From Candidatus Adlerbacteria bacterium RIFOXYC1_FULL_48_26 (GTDB lineage Bacteria; Patescibacteriota; Minisyncoccia; Phycocordibacterales; SBAW01), in NCBI GenBank assembly GCA_001773575.1, contig MEXB01000008.1:2141-66140 (forward strand): DNA of 64,000 bases. Direction: 5' to 3'. This document shows, one piece after another, positions 8,197-18,210 of this stretch. The first letter of the stretch is position 1. Each line of letters opens with the position of its first letter. The notes below the pieces were generated by a model. The model ran no database searches. It was not told the origin of the DNA and worked only from the letters and a program-made list of their open reading frames with translations. The position numbers were made by a program, and so were the translations under genes.

Positions 8197-10578
8197 TTAT
8201 TCCGTTTTTGCTTTAGCCCGGAATCCACGACGCTTCTTTTCTTCTTTGAGAATTTCCAGTGCTCGTTCAAAGGTAATGTCGTACGGACTTTCTTTTTTAA
8301 TCGAGCGGAAGTCAGCTTTCGGTTTAGTAAGGTGCGCAATGTATGGGCCGAAGCGGCCAGTATTCGCAACAATATCTATTCCAGTGTCAGGGTGTTGTCC
8401 GAGCAGGCGAGGAAGTGCCAAGTAATGAACAGCTTCTTCTACCGTAAGGGTTGCTGGATCTTTTTCTTTTGGAATTGAAGCGCGTTTTGGTTTTGCTTTT
8501 TTAGTCGAGCCTTTTCCTGTTGGCATTTCTCCCATCTGCACGTATGGACCGAAGCGGCCTGAAAGAATATAGATAGGCAGGCCAGTCTCTGGGTGCATAC
8601 CAATTGGTTTTGCTGGGTCGTTTGAAATGACCTCACCCAACTCTGTGCGTGCGCCCATACAGTCAGGGAAGCGCGAACAGCTCATAAACTTTCCTTGGCG
8701 GGAGAGTTTAAATACCATCGAAGAACTGCAGATAGGGCAGGTGAATTCTTCTGGAGCAGGGCCCAGGTCAGTAATCTTTCCAGCCTCTTTGTCTTTAATT
8801 TTTACTTCTTTAAGAAATGGCGTGTAGAAATCTTTAAGAGTTTTTACGTACTCGCGTTTACCTTGTGCGATATCGTCGAGCTCATCTTCCATCTCTGCAG
8901 TGAAGGTGTCGCTGATGTAGGTAGGGAAATTGTCTTCCAAAAACGTTGAGACAACATCGCCTGTGTCTGTTGGCGTAAGTGCGCGACCTTCTTTTGTTAC
9001 ATACCCGCGGACTTCAAGCGTTCGCATAATAGATGCGTATGTTGATGGGCGGCCGATACCACGTTTTTCAAGTTCTTTGATCAAACCTGCCTCGGTGTAG
9101 CGTTGAGGGGGAGTAGTCTGCTTCTCATCAGCGCGAACCTCTTTCACTTTGAGGGTCTCACCTTCTTTTACTTCGGGAAGTTCCACGTCTTCGCCGCGCG
9201 CTGCTGGGTCGGCGCGGAGCCACCCATCGAACATGACGCGTGAGCCATTGGCGACGAACAAAAAGGTCTGCGCAGAACCCTCTGCGTCGGTCTTCGGCTC
9301 CGCAGCCGGGTTCTGCTCCGACCCTCCAAACTTCAGTGCGTATGTTACAAAGTCTGACTGACCTTCAGTTTCCTGAACTTCGTCATCGCCCGTGTGCGAC
9401 TCTACGTGTGCTTTTTCGTACGCAACTATTGCAGTATCTGGTTTTGCAGTAATGCGAGTGCGTAGTATTTTTGCATCAGCCATTTGTGATGCGACTGTGC
9501 GTGCCCAGATAAGTTCATACAAACGCTTTTGTTCAGGAGTTGAGCCGAGCGATTCTTTTTCTACATGGGTAGGACGGACAGCTTCGTGTGCTTCCTGTGC
9601 GTTTTTAGATTTTGCAGTGAATACGTGCGGTACTGCATAGTCTGCTCCGTATTTCTTCTCGATCTGTTTAAGGATTGCTGCCTGTGCTGGCTTACCGAGG
9701 TTGGTCGAGTCTGTACGCATATAGGTAATATGGCCAGCTTCGTAGAGTTTCTGCGCAATACGCATAGTATTGGCAGGGGAGAAGCCAAGACGGGAGCTCG
9801 CCGCTTGTTGCAGAGTAGATGTTGTAAACGGTGCACGAGTTGAACGCTTTGCCTCAGTCTCTGTAACGCCTGCAACGGTAAGACCTTCTTTTGTGACAAG
9901 AGCAATAACCTTGTCGGCGTCTTCTTTGTCGCCAAGCTCGCGGTTTGCGGTAAGAGATAGTCCCTCTTTCTTTTTCGTGTCAGTGTCAGCGGAGACTACA
10001 TAGAACGTCTGAGGTATGAATTTTCTTATTTCGCGTTCGCGTTCCATCAGTATGCGGAGTGCGGGAGATTGCACACGGCCAGCTGAAAGGCCGTAACGGA
10101 CTTTTTTCCAAATAAGGCCGGAAAGATCGTAGCCTACGAGGCGGTCGAGTACGCGACGTGCTTCCTGTGCCTGGCGGAGGTTCTCATCTATAAGGCGTGG
10201 ATGTTCGAGCGCTTCCTGGATAGCCTCTTTGGTAATTTCATGGAACACAATACGCTCAGCTTTCTTAAGGCCCAGCTCTTCTTGTATGTGCCACGCAATA
10301 GCCTCTCCTTCACGGTCGGGGTCGGTTGCGAGAATCACCTCCTTAGCTTTTTTTGCGAGAGCCTTCAAGTCGCTGATAACTTCTTGTTTGCCCGGCACCA
10401 CTTCGTAGTGCGGAACGAAGCCCGCTTCAATATCAATAGCTTTCTTGTTGTTCTTGGGAAGGTCGCGTACGTGGCCGACAGATGCACGCACGACAAAGTC
10501 GCCAGCGGCATCTACCTCCTTTAAATACTTCTCAATCGTCTTTGCCTTTGCAGGGGACTCAACAATTACAAGCTTCAT
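8197..10578 (-). CDS. topA: DNA topoisomerase I with an in-frame insertion of about 50 aa
   Basis: MKLVIVESPAK, ATDPDREGE, SAGRVQS, ITYMRTDS, GIGRPSTY; start placed at MKLV. Confidence 0.95.
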   Translation of the reverse strand: MKLVIVESPAKAKTIEKYLKEVDAAGDFVVRASVGHVRDLPKNNKKAIDIEAGFVPHYEVVPGKQEVISDLKALAKKAKEVILATDPDREGEAIAWHIQEELGLKKAERIVFHEITKEAIQEALEHPRLIDENLRQAQEARRVLDRLVGYDLSGLIWKKVRYGLSAGRVQSPALRILMEREREIRKFIPQTFYVVSADTDTKKKEGLSLTANRELGDKEDADKVIALVTKEGLTVAGVTETEAKRSTRAPFTTSTLQQAASSRLGFSPANTMRIAQKLYEAGHITYMRTDSTNLGKPAQAAILKQIEKKYGADYAVPHVFTAKSKNAQEAHEAVRPTHVEKESLGSTPEQKRLYELIWARTVASQMADAKILRTRITAKPDTAIVAYEKAHVESHTGDDEVQETEGQSDFVTYALKFGGSEQNPAAEPKTDAEGSAQTFLFVANGSRVMFDGWLRADPAARGEDVELPEVKEGETLKVKEVRADEKQTTPPQRYTEAGLIKELEKRGIGRPSTYASIMRTLEVRGYVTKEGRALTPTDTGDVVSTFLEDNFPTYISDTFTAEMEDELDDIAQGKREYVKTLKDFYTPFLKEVKIKDKEAGKITDLGPAPEEFTCPICSSSMVFKLSRQGKFMSCSRFPDCMGARTELGEVISNDPAKPIGMHPETGLPIYILSGRFGPYVQMGEMPTGKGSTKKAKPKRASIPKEKDPATLTVEEAVHYLALPRLLGQHPDTGIDIVANTGRFGPYIAHLTKPKADFRSIKKESPYDITFERALEILKEEKKRRGFRAKAKTE

Positions 10579-10591
10579 GCAGTATCTTCTA

Positions 10592-11455
10592 TCATACACG
10601 TTCAATTTTTCCTAATCGTTCAATAATAAGTCCGCGAATTAATAGTGATGAAAGTGCGACATGTATATTGCGCGCAGACGTTCCAGATTTTTCTAAAATC
10701 TCATCATGGATTAGAGGTTCAGTAAGTATGCGAAGCACTGCCGTTTCTGCGTCCGTAAGGTCGGTGGGAATTGTTTGTTGTGTCGGTGTGTCATCGAGTT
10801 TGAATCCAAGTGCTCTCGCTACATCTGCGCTGTTTTGTACGAGCAGAGCGCCTTCGCGGATAAGACGGTTCACTCCAACTCCTGTGGGGCGTTCAAGTTC
10901 GTGCGGTACCGCAAGTACGTCGCTGTTGTATTCCAGTGCCATCTTTGCAGTGATAAGCGTCCCTGACCTCTCGCCGGCTTCTATAATAAGAGTTGCCTTA
11001 GACATTCCAGCCATCACACGGTTGCGTTCTGCAAAGGAGTGGAGCATAGCTTTAAACGGCGCCTCATTCTCACTAAGCAAACACCCTCCTTTTAAAAGAA
11101 TAGTACGAGCAAGAATTACGTTGTTGGCGGGGTAGATAGATGCTTCGTCGAGCGAAGAAGGAAGCACTGCAATGGTAGGAAGTCCGACATCAATAGCCGC
11201 TTTGTGTGCTTCGGTATCAATACCATGCGCGAGGCCTGAAACTATAGCGACAGGGTACTGTGCCAAGCCGGAGATAAGTTTGTGTGTAATTCTTCGTCCG
11301 TATGCAGTCGCGCTACGCGAACCAACGACGCACAGCAATATGCGTTCTTTGTCCGGCATCTCTCCTCTAATAAAGAGTCTCTCTGGCGCATCAGGTATTT
11401 CTCTAAGGGCCTCTGGAAAGGCCTCAAACGGAAGTTGTCCAATAGGGAAACGCAT
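10592..11455 (-). CDS. dprA: DNA-processing protein DprA
   Basis: VVGSR, IVSGLAHGID, RNRVMAG, SGTLITA. Confidence 0.95.
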   Translation of the reverse strand: MRFPIGQLPFEAFPEALREIPDAPERLFIRGEMPDKERILLCVVGSRSATAYGRRITHKLISGLAQYPVAIVSGLAHGIDTEAHKAAIDVGLPTIAVLPSSLDEASIYPANNVILARTILLKGGCLLSENEAPFKAMLHSFAERNRVMAGMSKATLIIEAGERSGTLITAKMALEYNSDVLAVPHELERPTGVGVNRLIREGALLVQNSADVARALGFKLDDTPTQQTIPTDLTDAETAVLRILTEPLIHDEILEKSGTSARNIHVALSSLLIRGLIIERLGKIERV

Positions 11456-11478
11456 TATAGTATTGTAGAGTCACCTTT

Positions 11479-12765
11479 ATGCTAGATATCGCTTTTATAC
11501 GGGAAAACCCAGATATTGTCCGTGCGGCAATCAAAAATAAAAACCGTGAAGGTATAGACCTGGACCGGATTTTAGTGCTTGCTGAAGAGCGCAAAAACAA
11601 CGCGAATGAAATTAGTGAAATCAACCGCCAGCGAAACGTAGCGCAAGAAGCTCGTGATGGTGAAGCAGGAAAGCGCTTAAAAGAAGAACTCAAGGCTGTT
11701 GAAGAGAAACATCAGGCGACAGAAAAAGAGCTTGTCTCTCTTTTAATAAAGATTCCAAATATTCCATCTGCCGATACTCCTATCGGTCCTGATGAATCTG
11801 GCAACGTGGTAATTCGCCAATGGGGAGAAAAACCACAGTTTCCATTTGCCCCCAAAGCTCATTGGGATTTGGGAAAAAATTTAGGAATAATTGATGGTGA
11901 AAAGGCTGCAGAAGTAAGCGGCGCTCGCTTCGTGTATTTGAAGGGCGATATGGCGTTGCTTGAAATGGCATTGATGCGTTTTGGCTTCGATACTCTTATT
12001 TCAGAAGAAACATTGAAGAAAATTATCGACGGCGCAGGACTCACAGTAAGCAGTAAACCTTTTACTCCCGTTATTCCACCGATCCTTATGCGTTCTCAGG
12101 TGATGAACCGTATGGCGCGCCTAGACCCTATAGACGAACGTTACTATTTTGAAAAAGACGACATGGTGTTTGTCGGAAGTGCAGAGCACACACTCGGACC
12201 ATTGCACATGGATGAAATTCTAAAAGAAGAAGATCTTCCTCTTCGCTATGCAGCCATGACTCCTGCATTCCGCCGTGAAGCAGGTGCGGCAGGGAAGGAT
12301 ACACGTGGCATCTTGCGTTTGCACCAGTTCGATAAGCTTGAAATGGAAACATTCTCTAAACCTGAAGATGGTTTGGCAGAACAAAACCTTATGGTCGCAA
12401 TCCAGGAATACCTCTTGCAACAGCTCAAGCTTCCATACCAAGTTGTTTCAATCTGCACAGGAGACATGGGCTTCCCAGACCAGCGACAGATCGACATCGA
12501 AACGTGGATGCCTGGCCAGGATGCCTATCGCGAAACAAATACATCAGACTATATTGGTGGCTTCCAAGCACGTCGCCTTAACTCGCGCGTACGCCGCACC
12601 GACGGAACGCTTGAACCAGTGCACATGAACGACGCAACGGCATTTTCACAGCGTCCGCTCGCAGCTATTCTTGAAAACAATCAACACGAAGACGGTACTA
12701 TCACTATCCCTGAAGTCCTTCGTCCATACATGGGTGGTCGCGAAAAAATCGAAGCAAAGAAATAG
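11479..12765 (+). CDS. serS: serine--tRNA ligase
   Basis: MLDIAFIREN, FRREAG, RLHQFDKLE, DIETWMP. Confidence 0.95.
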   Translation: MLDIAFIRENPDIVRAAIKNKNREGIDLDRILVLAEERKNNANEISEINRQRNVAQEARDGEAGKRLKEELKAVEEKHQATEKELVSLLIKIPNIPSADTPIGPDESGNVVIRQWGEKPQFPFAPKAHWDLGKNLGIIDGEKAAEVSGARFVYLKGDMALLEMALMRFGFDTLISEETLKKIIDGAGLTVSSKPFTPVIPPILMRSQVMNRMARLDPIDERYYFEKDDMVFVGSAEHTLGPLHMDEILKEEDLPLRYAAMTPAFRREAGAAGKDTRGILRLHQFDKLEMETFSKPEDGLAEQNLMVAIQEYLLQQLKLPYQVVSICTGDMGFPDQRQIDIETWMPGQDAYRETNTSDYIGGFQARRLNSRVRRTDGTLEPVHMNDATAFSQRPLAAILENNQHEDGTITIPEVLRPYMGGREKIEAKK

Positions 12766-12779
12766 GGTAAAATCAAAAG

Positions 12780-13595
12780 GTGGTTCGGATTTCATCCTCA
12801 AATTCGAGTATTAGACAGCGGCGGCGAAAGCGGTTGCTGGTGCTTCTTGGTGCCATATGTGCAGTCTTAGTACTTTTGTTTCTGCTAAGCCTGTGGTTTG
12901 CAAATACATCGTGGTTGAAAATAACGCATGTCTCTGTCTCGGGTGAAAACGTAGTTCCTCAGGCTTCAATAGAAGAAGTTGTTCAAGATGGTCTTGTGGG
13001 GAAGTACGCGGGATTATTTTCAAAAGCAAATATCTTTTTTTATCCTAAAAAGAGCATAGAGCAGGATCTGCATACGCTATATCCAACGCTTGGAACAATC
13101 AGCATTCGCGCGCTCGATTTCCATACTATTGCTGTCACGGTGTCCGAGCGCGAACCATCTGCACTCTGGTGCCCTGCCGCAGACTCAACCCAGTGTGTGC
13201 TACTTGATGAAAGCGGTTTTGCGTATGCGCATGCCCCAGAATATTCAGGCAATGTATACAAAACATATTTAGGCGCACTTCCGGACGGCCCACTGCCGAA
13301 GCAATTCTTAACGCCTGAACGCTTTCATTCACTGTCTGCATTGGTTGAAACATTCGCTAAAAAGATTGCCACTACTACTGTGACCACAGTTGCCGTTGAT
13401 GAAAATAATGACGTTCACATAGGAACTTCGGATGGTTATAAAATTTTATTTGCTCTCGAAGAAAACGGTGGCGACGTATTCCAGCATTTTGTACTTACGT
13501 TAACTGCCGCACCGTTCACAACACACGCGCTTTCTGAGTTTGAGTACATTGACCTGCGCTTTGGCGACAAGGTTTACTACAAGCTCAAAAATTAG
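12780..13595 (+). CDS. FtsQ/DivIB-like POTRA protein
   Basis: Basic N-terminus, one TM, V.EREP, C-terminal YIDLRFGDKVY. Confidence 0.75.
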   Translation: MVRISSSNSSIRQRRRKRLLVLLGAICAVLVLLFLLSLWFANTSWLKITHVSVSGENVVPQASIEEVVQDGLVGKYAGLFSKANIFFYPKKSIEQDLHTLYPTLGTISIRALDFHTIAVTVSEREPSALWCPAADSTQCVLLDESGFAYAHAPEYSGNVYKTYLGALPDGPLPKQFLTPERFHSLSALVETFAKKIATTTVTTVAVDENNDVHIGTSDGYKILFALEENGGDVFQHFVLTLTAAPFTTHALSEFEYIDLRFGDKVYYKLKN

Positions 13596-13607
13596 TACGG
13601 TGTCTGT

Positions 13608-14573
13608 ATGAAAGGATTCTGGGCAACATTACCAAAGCCATTTTTCGTGCTTGCGCCGCTTGCAAACGTCACAGACGCGGCCTTTCGTAAACTGATAGCG
13701 AAATACGGCAAACCAGATGTGCTATGGACGGAATTCGTCTCGGCAGACGGTTTGATACTGGCGACCCCTGAGGGGAAAGAGAAACTCCTTCGCGATTTGG
13801 TATACAGCGAAGAAGAGCGCCCTATTGTTGCGCAGCTTTTTACCTCACGCCCTGAGACGATGGAACAGGCGGCTGCTCTGGCACAGGAGCTTGGCTTCGA
13901 TGGCATAGACATAAACATGGGCTGCCCCGATAAGTCTATTGAAAAGCAGGGAGCTGGTGCAAAACTTATAACAACACCAGAGCTGGCGGTTGAGCTTATC
14001 GCTGCAGCAAAACGAGGCGCACCAAACTTGCCTGTGTCAGTAAAAACACGCCTTGGGTACAACAAGGACGTTCTTGAAGAGTGGTTGCCGAAGATTCTTT
14101 CTGCAGAGCCGGTCGCGGTTACTGTCCACGCGCGTACGCGAAAAGAGATGTCTGCTGTGCCTGCGCGATGGGAGAGAGTGAAGCGTGCGGTTGAAATTCG
14201 TAATGAACTTGGCAGCAGCGCACTTATCATCGGCAACGGTGATGTGAAGGATATGGAAGACGCACGACAAAAGGTGGCAGAGACCGGCGCAGATGGTGCG
14301 ATGCTCGGCCGCGCGATCTTTGGCAACCCATGGTTATTCTCTGAAGAGAAACCTGGCCTGGAAACTCGTCTTCGTGTTGCCGCTGAACATTCGAAAATGT
14401 TTGAGACTATGCTTGGCGATATAAAAAACTTTGCCCTAATGAAAAAACATTTTAAAGCCTACGTTGAAGGGTTTACTGGTGCAAAAGAACTTCGTATGGA
14501 GTTGATGGAGACGACTAATGCACAGCAAATTGAGGAGATAATAGAAGCCTTTTTGAAAGGAGGAGTAGAATAG
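13608..14573 (+). CDS. tRNA-dihydrouridine synthase
   Basis: LAPLANVTD, IDINMGCP, VHARTR, GNGDV, GRAIFGNPW. Confidence 0.9.
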   Translation: MKGFWATLPKPFFVLAPLANVTDAAFRKLIAKYGKPDVLWTEFVSADGLILATPEGKEKLLRDLVYSEEERPIVAQLFTSRPETMEQAAALAQELGFDGIDINMGCPDKSIEKQGAGAKLITTPELAVELIAAAKRGAPNLPVSVKTRLGYNKDVLEEWLPKILSAEPVAVTVHARTRKEMSAVPARWERVKRAVEIRNELGSSALIIGNGDVKDMEDARQKVAETGADGAMLGRAIFGNPWLFSEEKPGLETRLRVAAEHSKMFETMLGDIKNFALMKKHFKAYVEGFTGAKELRMELMETTNAQQIEEIIEAFLKGGVE

Positions 14574-14577
14574 ATGT

Positions 14578-14883
14578 ATGAATGATCTATTGCACGCGAA
14601 TATTTTCTTCTTTATTACCTCGGTAGCAACTGTTCTTATCGCGATGCTGGTATCTGTTGTACTTTTCTATATTGCACGCATTATGCGAGACATAAGCGGC
14701 ATCGTTCGTAAGATAAATAGTGTAAGTGATGACTTGGAACAGGATTTTCAGGATCTGCGCCGTGAAATAAAGAACGAAGGCACAAAAGTTCGCACTATTG
14801 TTGACGTCGCCCTCGGGTTCTTCCTCTCACGCGTACAAAAGCGCACAACTCGAAAACCTAAAACAGAAGAACCTCTTCAGTAA
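14578..14883 (+). CDS. small membrane protein (TM plus coiled coil)
   Basis: ORF with hydrophobic N-terminus; -10 box just upstream. Confidence 0.6.
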   Translation: MNDLLHANIFFFITSVATVLIAMLVSVVLFYIARIMRDISGIVRKINSVSDDLEQDFQDLRREIKNEGTKVRTIVDVALGFFLSRVQKRTTRKPKTEEPLQ

Positions 14884-14914
14884 AATTTCACTATCTGGGG
14901 GTGTATACTTCAGT

Positions 14915-15289
14915 ATGGCTAAAAAACAAAACAATACAGGAGTGGCGCTCGGTGTCGGAGTGGCAGCAGCGGCCGCAGTTGCAGCAGCAGGAGCATACTG
15001 GTTTTACGGTTCTGACCACGCGTCTCAACATCGCAAACAAGTAAAGAGCTGGATGCTTAAAGCACGCGCTGAAGTAATGGAGGCAGTCGAAAAGGTGGAG
15101 GATATAGACAAGAAGAAATATCTTGCTATCGTCCAGCAGATTGTGTCTCGCTATTCTAAAACAGCAGGAGCTACGGTTGGTGAACTTGCACATATGAAAA
15201 AGGACCTTATTTCTACATGGGCACATATGGATGCTGGCGCAAAGAAAACTGTTAAAAAAGCAGTAAAAAAGGTTTCTAAGAAGAAATAA
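14915..15289 (+). CDS. YtxH-like membrane-anchored protein
   Basis: Ala-rich TM ending GAYWFY, Lys-rich tail; start at MAKK. Confidence 0.55.
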   Translation: MAKKQNNTGVALGVGVAAAAAVAAAGAYWFYGSDHASQHRKQVKSWMLKARAEVMEAVEKVEDIDKKKYLAIVQQIVSRYSKTAGATVGELAHMKKDLISTWAHMDAGAKKTVKKAVKKVSKKK

Positions 15290-15304
15290 TATATACTGGT
15301 GTGG

Positions 15305-16360
15305 ATGGCCAAGACCTCTACACCACAGCGAACCCCGCTTGCTCTGTATCGTAAGTACAGGCCTGCGGGGTTTTCTGAATTCCGCGACCAAGATACTATC
15401 GTCGCGGTACTTACTGCTGCTGTAGAGCAAAAGAAAATTGCACACGCATATTTATTTGCGGGTGGCAGAGGAACAGGAAAGACTTCCATGGCCCGCGCCC
15501 TAGCGCACTCTGTTGATACAACGGACAACGATATTTATGAAATGGATGCAGCGAGCAACCGTGGCATTGATGAAATCCGCGAACTCCGTGAAGGCGTTGC
15601 GACGTTGCCGTTTGAATCAACATACAAGTTTTACATAATCGACGAAGCGCATGCACTTACAGGAGCTGCCTGGGGTGCGTTGCTTAAAACCCTTGAGGAG
15701 CCGCCAGAGCATGTTGTCTTTGTGTTGGCGACGACCGAACTTGATAAAGTGCCGGAAACTATCCGTTCACGTTGCCAGGTATTTCAATTTAAAAATCCAT
15801 CGCATGAAACGCTTAAGAAGTTGGTGCTTGATGTTGCAAAGAAAGAAGGCGGCTCAATAACTCCAGCGGGCGCAGAACTTGTTGCGTTGATGGGGGATGG
15901 CTCCTTCCGCGACACCCTTGGTATCCTGCAAAAAGTCCTGACTATCTCGGATGATAAAAAACTTTCAGAAGAGGAAGTTGCCCGTGTTGTCGGTGCTCCG
16001 TCATCGAAAACAGTAAATGAATTTTTAGAAGCGCTTGCTGAGAAAGATATGGCAAAAGCGCTCAAGACCTTCCATGCGGCAATTGCGGGAGGTACTGAAC
16101 CAAAAGTATTTACACTGCTTTCTCTCGCAAAAATACGCGCAGTGCTGCTCATCCGTTTTGCGCCTGATCTTAAGAAAGAGTTGGGGGAACAGTTTAGCGA
16201 AGATGATATCAAAACACTGTCTGAGTTTGCCGGCCCTAAAGGTGCGGCAATCAATGCGGCGTTGCTTTCAGAACTTATAACCGCACTTCTCGATATGAAT
16301 CGCGCACCCATACCTGCGATACCGCTGGAATTGGCACTCTACAGAGTGTTTGGAGCGTAA
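15305..16360 (+). CDS. dnaX: DNA polymerase III gamma/tau
   Basis: LYRKYRP, GGRGTGKT, DAASNRG, IIDEAH, LLKTLEEPP, SRC. Confidence 0.93.
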   Translation: MAKTSTPQRTPLALYRKYRPAGFSEFRDQDTIVAVLTAAVEQKKIAHAYLFAGGRGTGKTSMARALAHSVDTTDNDIYEMDAASNRGIDEIRELREGVATLPFESTYKFYIIDEAHALTGAAWGALLKTLEEPPEHVVFVLATTELDKVPETIRSRCQVFQFKNPSHETLKKLVLDVAKKEGGSITPAGAELVALMGDGSFRDTLGILQKVLTISDDKKLSEEEVARVVGAPSSKTVNEFLEALAEKDMAKALKTFHAAIAGGTEPKVFTLLSLAKIRAVLLIRFAPDLKKELGEQFSEDDIKTLSEFAGPKGAAINAALLSELITALLDMNRAPIPAIPLELALYRVFGA

Positions 16361-16375
16361 TGCTGGCCTGCGGGG

Positions 16376-16729
16376 TTACTGCGGACGAGTGAAAAGAGAA
16401 TAGAAAGATACACGCTTCCACCATGCAAGCAGCATGTACGGCAACACATCAAGCAGGAAGTGAAGCACAATAAGAGGGAAGAAGCGTGCGTGGTTTGCCA
16501 TGTCACGGTGGACGAGAACGTATTCGCCCTGGTCAACGCATTGGATATGTAAAAAGTAACCGTGTGAACGGAAGCTGCGGTCTGGGTGGAGAATATTAAA
16601 GTCCTTCATAAAGTAGATTTTCACTACTTCAAAATCCTCACGCTTAACCCACACCTGCTTACGGTTAAGAGGGGTAGAAAGAGAGACTTTTCTCTCTAAA
16701 AAGTAGTTCCACAACTGCTTTTGGTCCAT
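16376..16729 (-). CDS. hypothetical protein
   Basis: 117-aa ORF filling the gap; TATACT upstream. Confidence 0.5.
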   Translation of the reverse strand: MDQKQLWNYFLERKVSLSTPLNRKQVWVKREDFEVVKIYFMKDFNILHPDRSFRSHGYFLHIQCVDQGEYVLVHRDMANHARFFPLIVLHFLLDVLPYMLLAWWKRVSFYSLFTRPQ

Positions 16730-16753
16730 AAGATTTACTAAGTATAACCTATT

Positions 16754-17230
16754 TTAGTTTGAGACCTGGAAGTACTTTGTCGAGCCGTTCCAGCCCGCAG
16801 TAGGGGCTTGGAATACGCCTGTGCCGCCTCCGGGAGTTGGGGCTGCGATAGAGGGGAGGGTTACAGGTTCATCATTGTCTTGGAAGTTGGTATATATCGC
16901 ACAGCCTGTCGCTGTCACAACGTAACGGTAATTTGAAACACTATCCGAGCCTGTTGAGGGGTCTTTGATATTCGGAATCTGGGATGCGTACTGAGGATAC
17001 TTCGTTCGGAGTTCTTCAATAATAGGGTGGAGGTCGTAGTCGCCGACACCTGTTGTTGGTGTAAAACAGCTGGACTTCAAAAATTGCCCTATCTGAGAAA
17101 TTTCTGCTTTGCGTCTTGTGTCGAGCGCGTTTGTACGTGTGTTGCTAAGCGCAACAAACACAATTCCCGCTAGTACGCCGATAATAGCGATGACTACCAA
17201 GAGTTCAATAAGTGTGAAGCCTCGTTTCAT
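16754..17230 (-). CDS. type IV pilin/pseudopilin
   Basis: MKRG|FTLIELLVVIAIIGVLA class III signal peptide; DP motif; Cys pair. Confidence 0.9.
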   Translation of the reverse strand: MKRGFTLIELLVVIAIIGVLAGIVFVALSNTRTNALDTRRKAEISQIGQFLKSSCFTPTTGVGDYDLHPIIEELRTKYPQYASQIPNIKDPSTGSDSVSNYRYVVTATGCAIYTNFQDNDEPVTLPSIAAPTPGGGTGVFQAPTAGWNGSTKYFQVSN

Positions 17231-17245
17231 ACACTGATTCTTTCT

Positions 17246-17338
17246 CTATTTGTTTTTCTTCTTTTTAGAATCGAGAGCTTTCTTCTGGCTTCTGATCACC
17301 ATAGACTGCTTGCCTGCCGCTTTGTGCTTGTTTTCCAT
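17246..17338 (-). CDS. 30-aa lysine-rich small protein
   Basis: MENKHKAAGKQSMVIRSQKKALDSKKKKNK; CATACT box 7 nt upstream. Confidence 0.45.
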   Translation of the reverse strand: MENKHKAAGKQSMVIRSQKKALDSKKKKNK

Positions 17339-17364
17339 ACTGTTAAGTATGACACGAAGTTAGG

Positions 17365-17649
17365 TTAGATAGCGGCTCCGTCGCCCAAGTTCATCTCCGC
17401 TTTGTAGCGTTCTATAACTTCTGGGTGCTTGCCTTCTTTGCATTCAGCAATAAATACCTCTGCGCTTGCAGCATCTGTGAAGGTCATATACGCAAGTGCG
17501 CCTCGGCACACAGTGTCAACGTTGATCTTTCCCTGTGCCCCTGGAGGAGTTGCTGCAGTTTTAGGATAAAAGAAAAAGTATCCTGCTAGTAAAATTACTA
17601 CTATTGCTGCCCCTATAGCCACATTCTTAGATGTCATGTGTTTTGTCAT
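17365..17649 (-). CDS. small membrane-anchored protein with a Cys pair
   Basis: N-terminal TM; VCRGALAYMTF...ECKEGKHPEVIE. Confidence 0.6.
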   Translation of the reverse strand: MTKHMTSKNVAIGAAIVVILLAGYFFFYPKTAATPPGAQGKINVDTVCRGALAYMTFTDAASAEVFIAECKEGKHPEVIERYKAEMNLGDGAAI

Positions 17650-17721
17650 GTATTAAGTATATATCATCAAGACGGGAGCCTTCACGGTTTCTTACTATGT
17701 ATTGGTGCTAAAATAGTAGGC

Positions 17722-18198
17722 ATGATATCGAAAAACACCATCTGTCTTTGGTACGACAAAGACGCAGAAGAAGCAGCTAATTTTTACGCAGCTACATTTC
17801 CTGACAGCAAAGTAACTAATGTGTTTAAGGCGCCGAGTGATTTCCCGGGTGGTAAGGCGGGTGATGCACTAACAGTTGAATTCACTGTATGTGGAATCCC
17901 TTGCATAGGTCTTAATGGTGGCCCTGTGTTTAAACAAAGCGAGGCGTTTTCTTTCCAGATTTCAACGGACACTCAAGAAGAAACCGACCGTTATTGGAAT
18001 GCAATCGTCGAGAATGGTGGCCAGGAAAGCGAGTGTGGTTGGTGCAAAGATAAGTGGGGTCTCTCATGGCAGATCACACCACGCACCCTTACAGAGGCAC
18101 TTGCTGCGGGTGGGGAAGAAGGAAAGCGCGCCTTCGACGCAATGATGACAATGAAAAAGATCGACGTCGCTGCTATCGATGCAGCGCGTAAGGGTTAG
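17722..18198 (+). CDS. VOC/PhnB (3-demethylubiquinone-9 3-methyltransferase-like) protein
   Basis: ICLWY, AEEAANFY, LNGGP, CGWCKDKWGLSWQI; start at MISK. Confidence 0.88.
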   Translation: MISKNTICLWYDKDAEEAANFYAATFPDSKVTNVFKAPSDFPGGKAGDALTVEFTVCGIPCIGLNGGPVFKQSEAFSFQISTDTQEETDRYWNAIVENGGQESECGWCKDKWGLSWQITPRTLTEALAAGGEEGKRAFDAMMTMKKIDVAAIDAARKG

Positions 18199-18210
18199 TT
18201 CGGAGCCTAG

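Noticed and set aside
9262-9440. Intein or self-splicing intron in topA
   Set aside because: No C/S...HN termini, too short, no group I/II core recognised
13592-14326. 244-aa minus-strand ORF
   Set aside because: Antisense to the dus gene; no motifs
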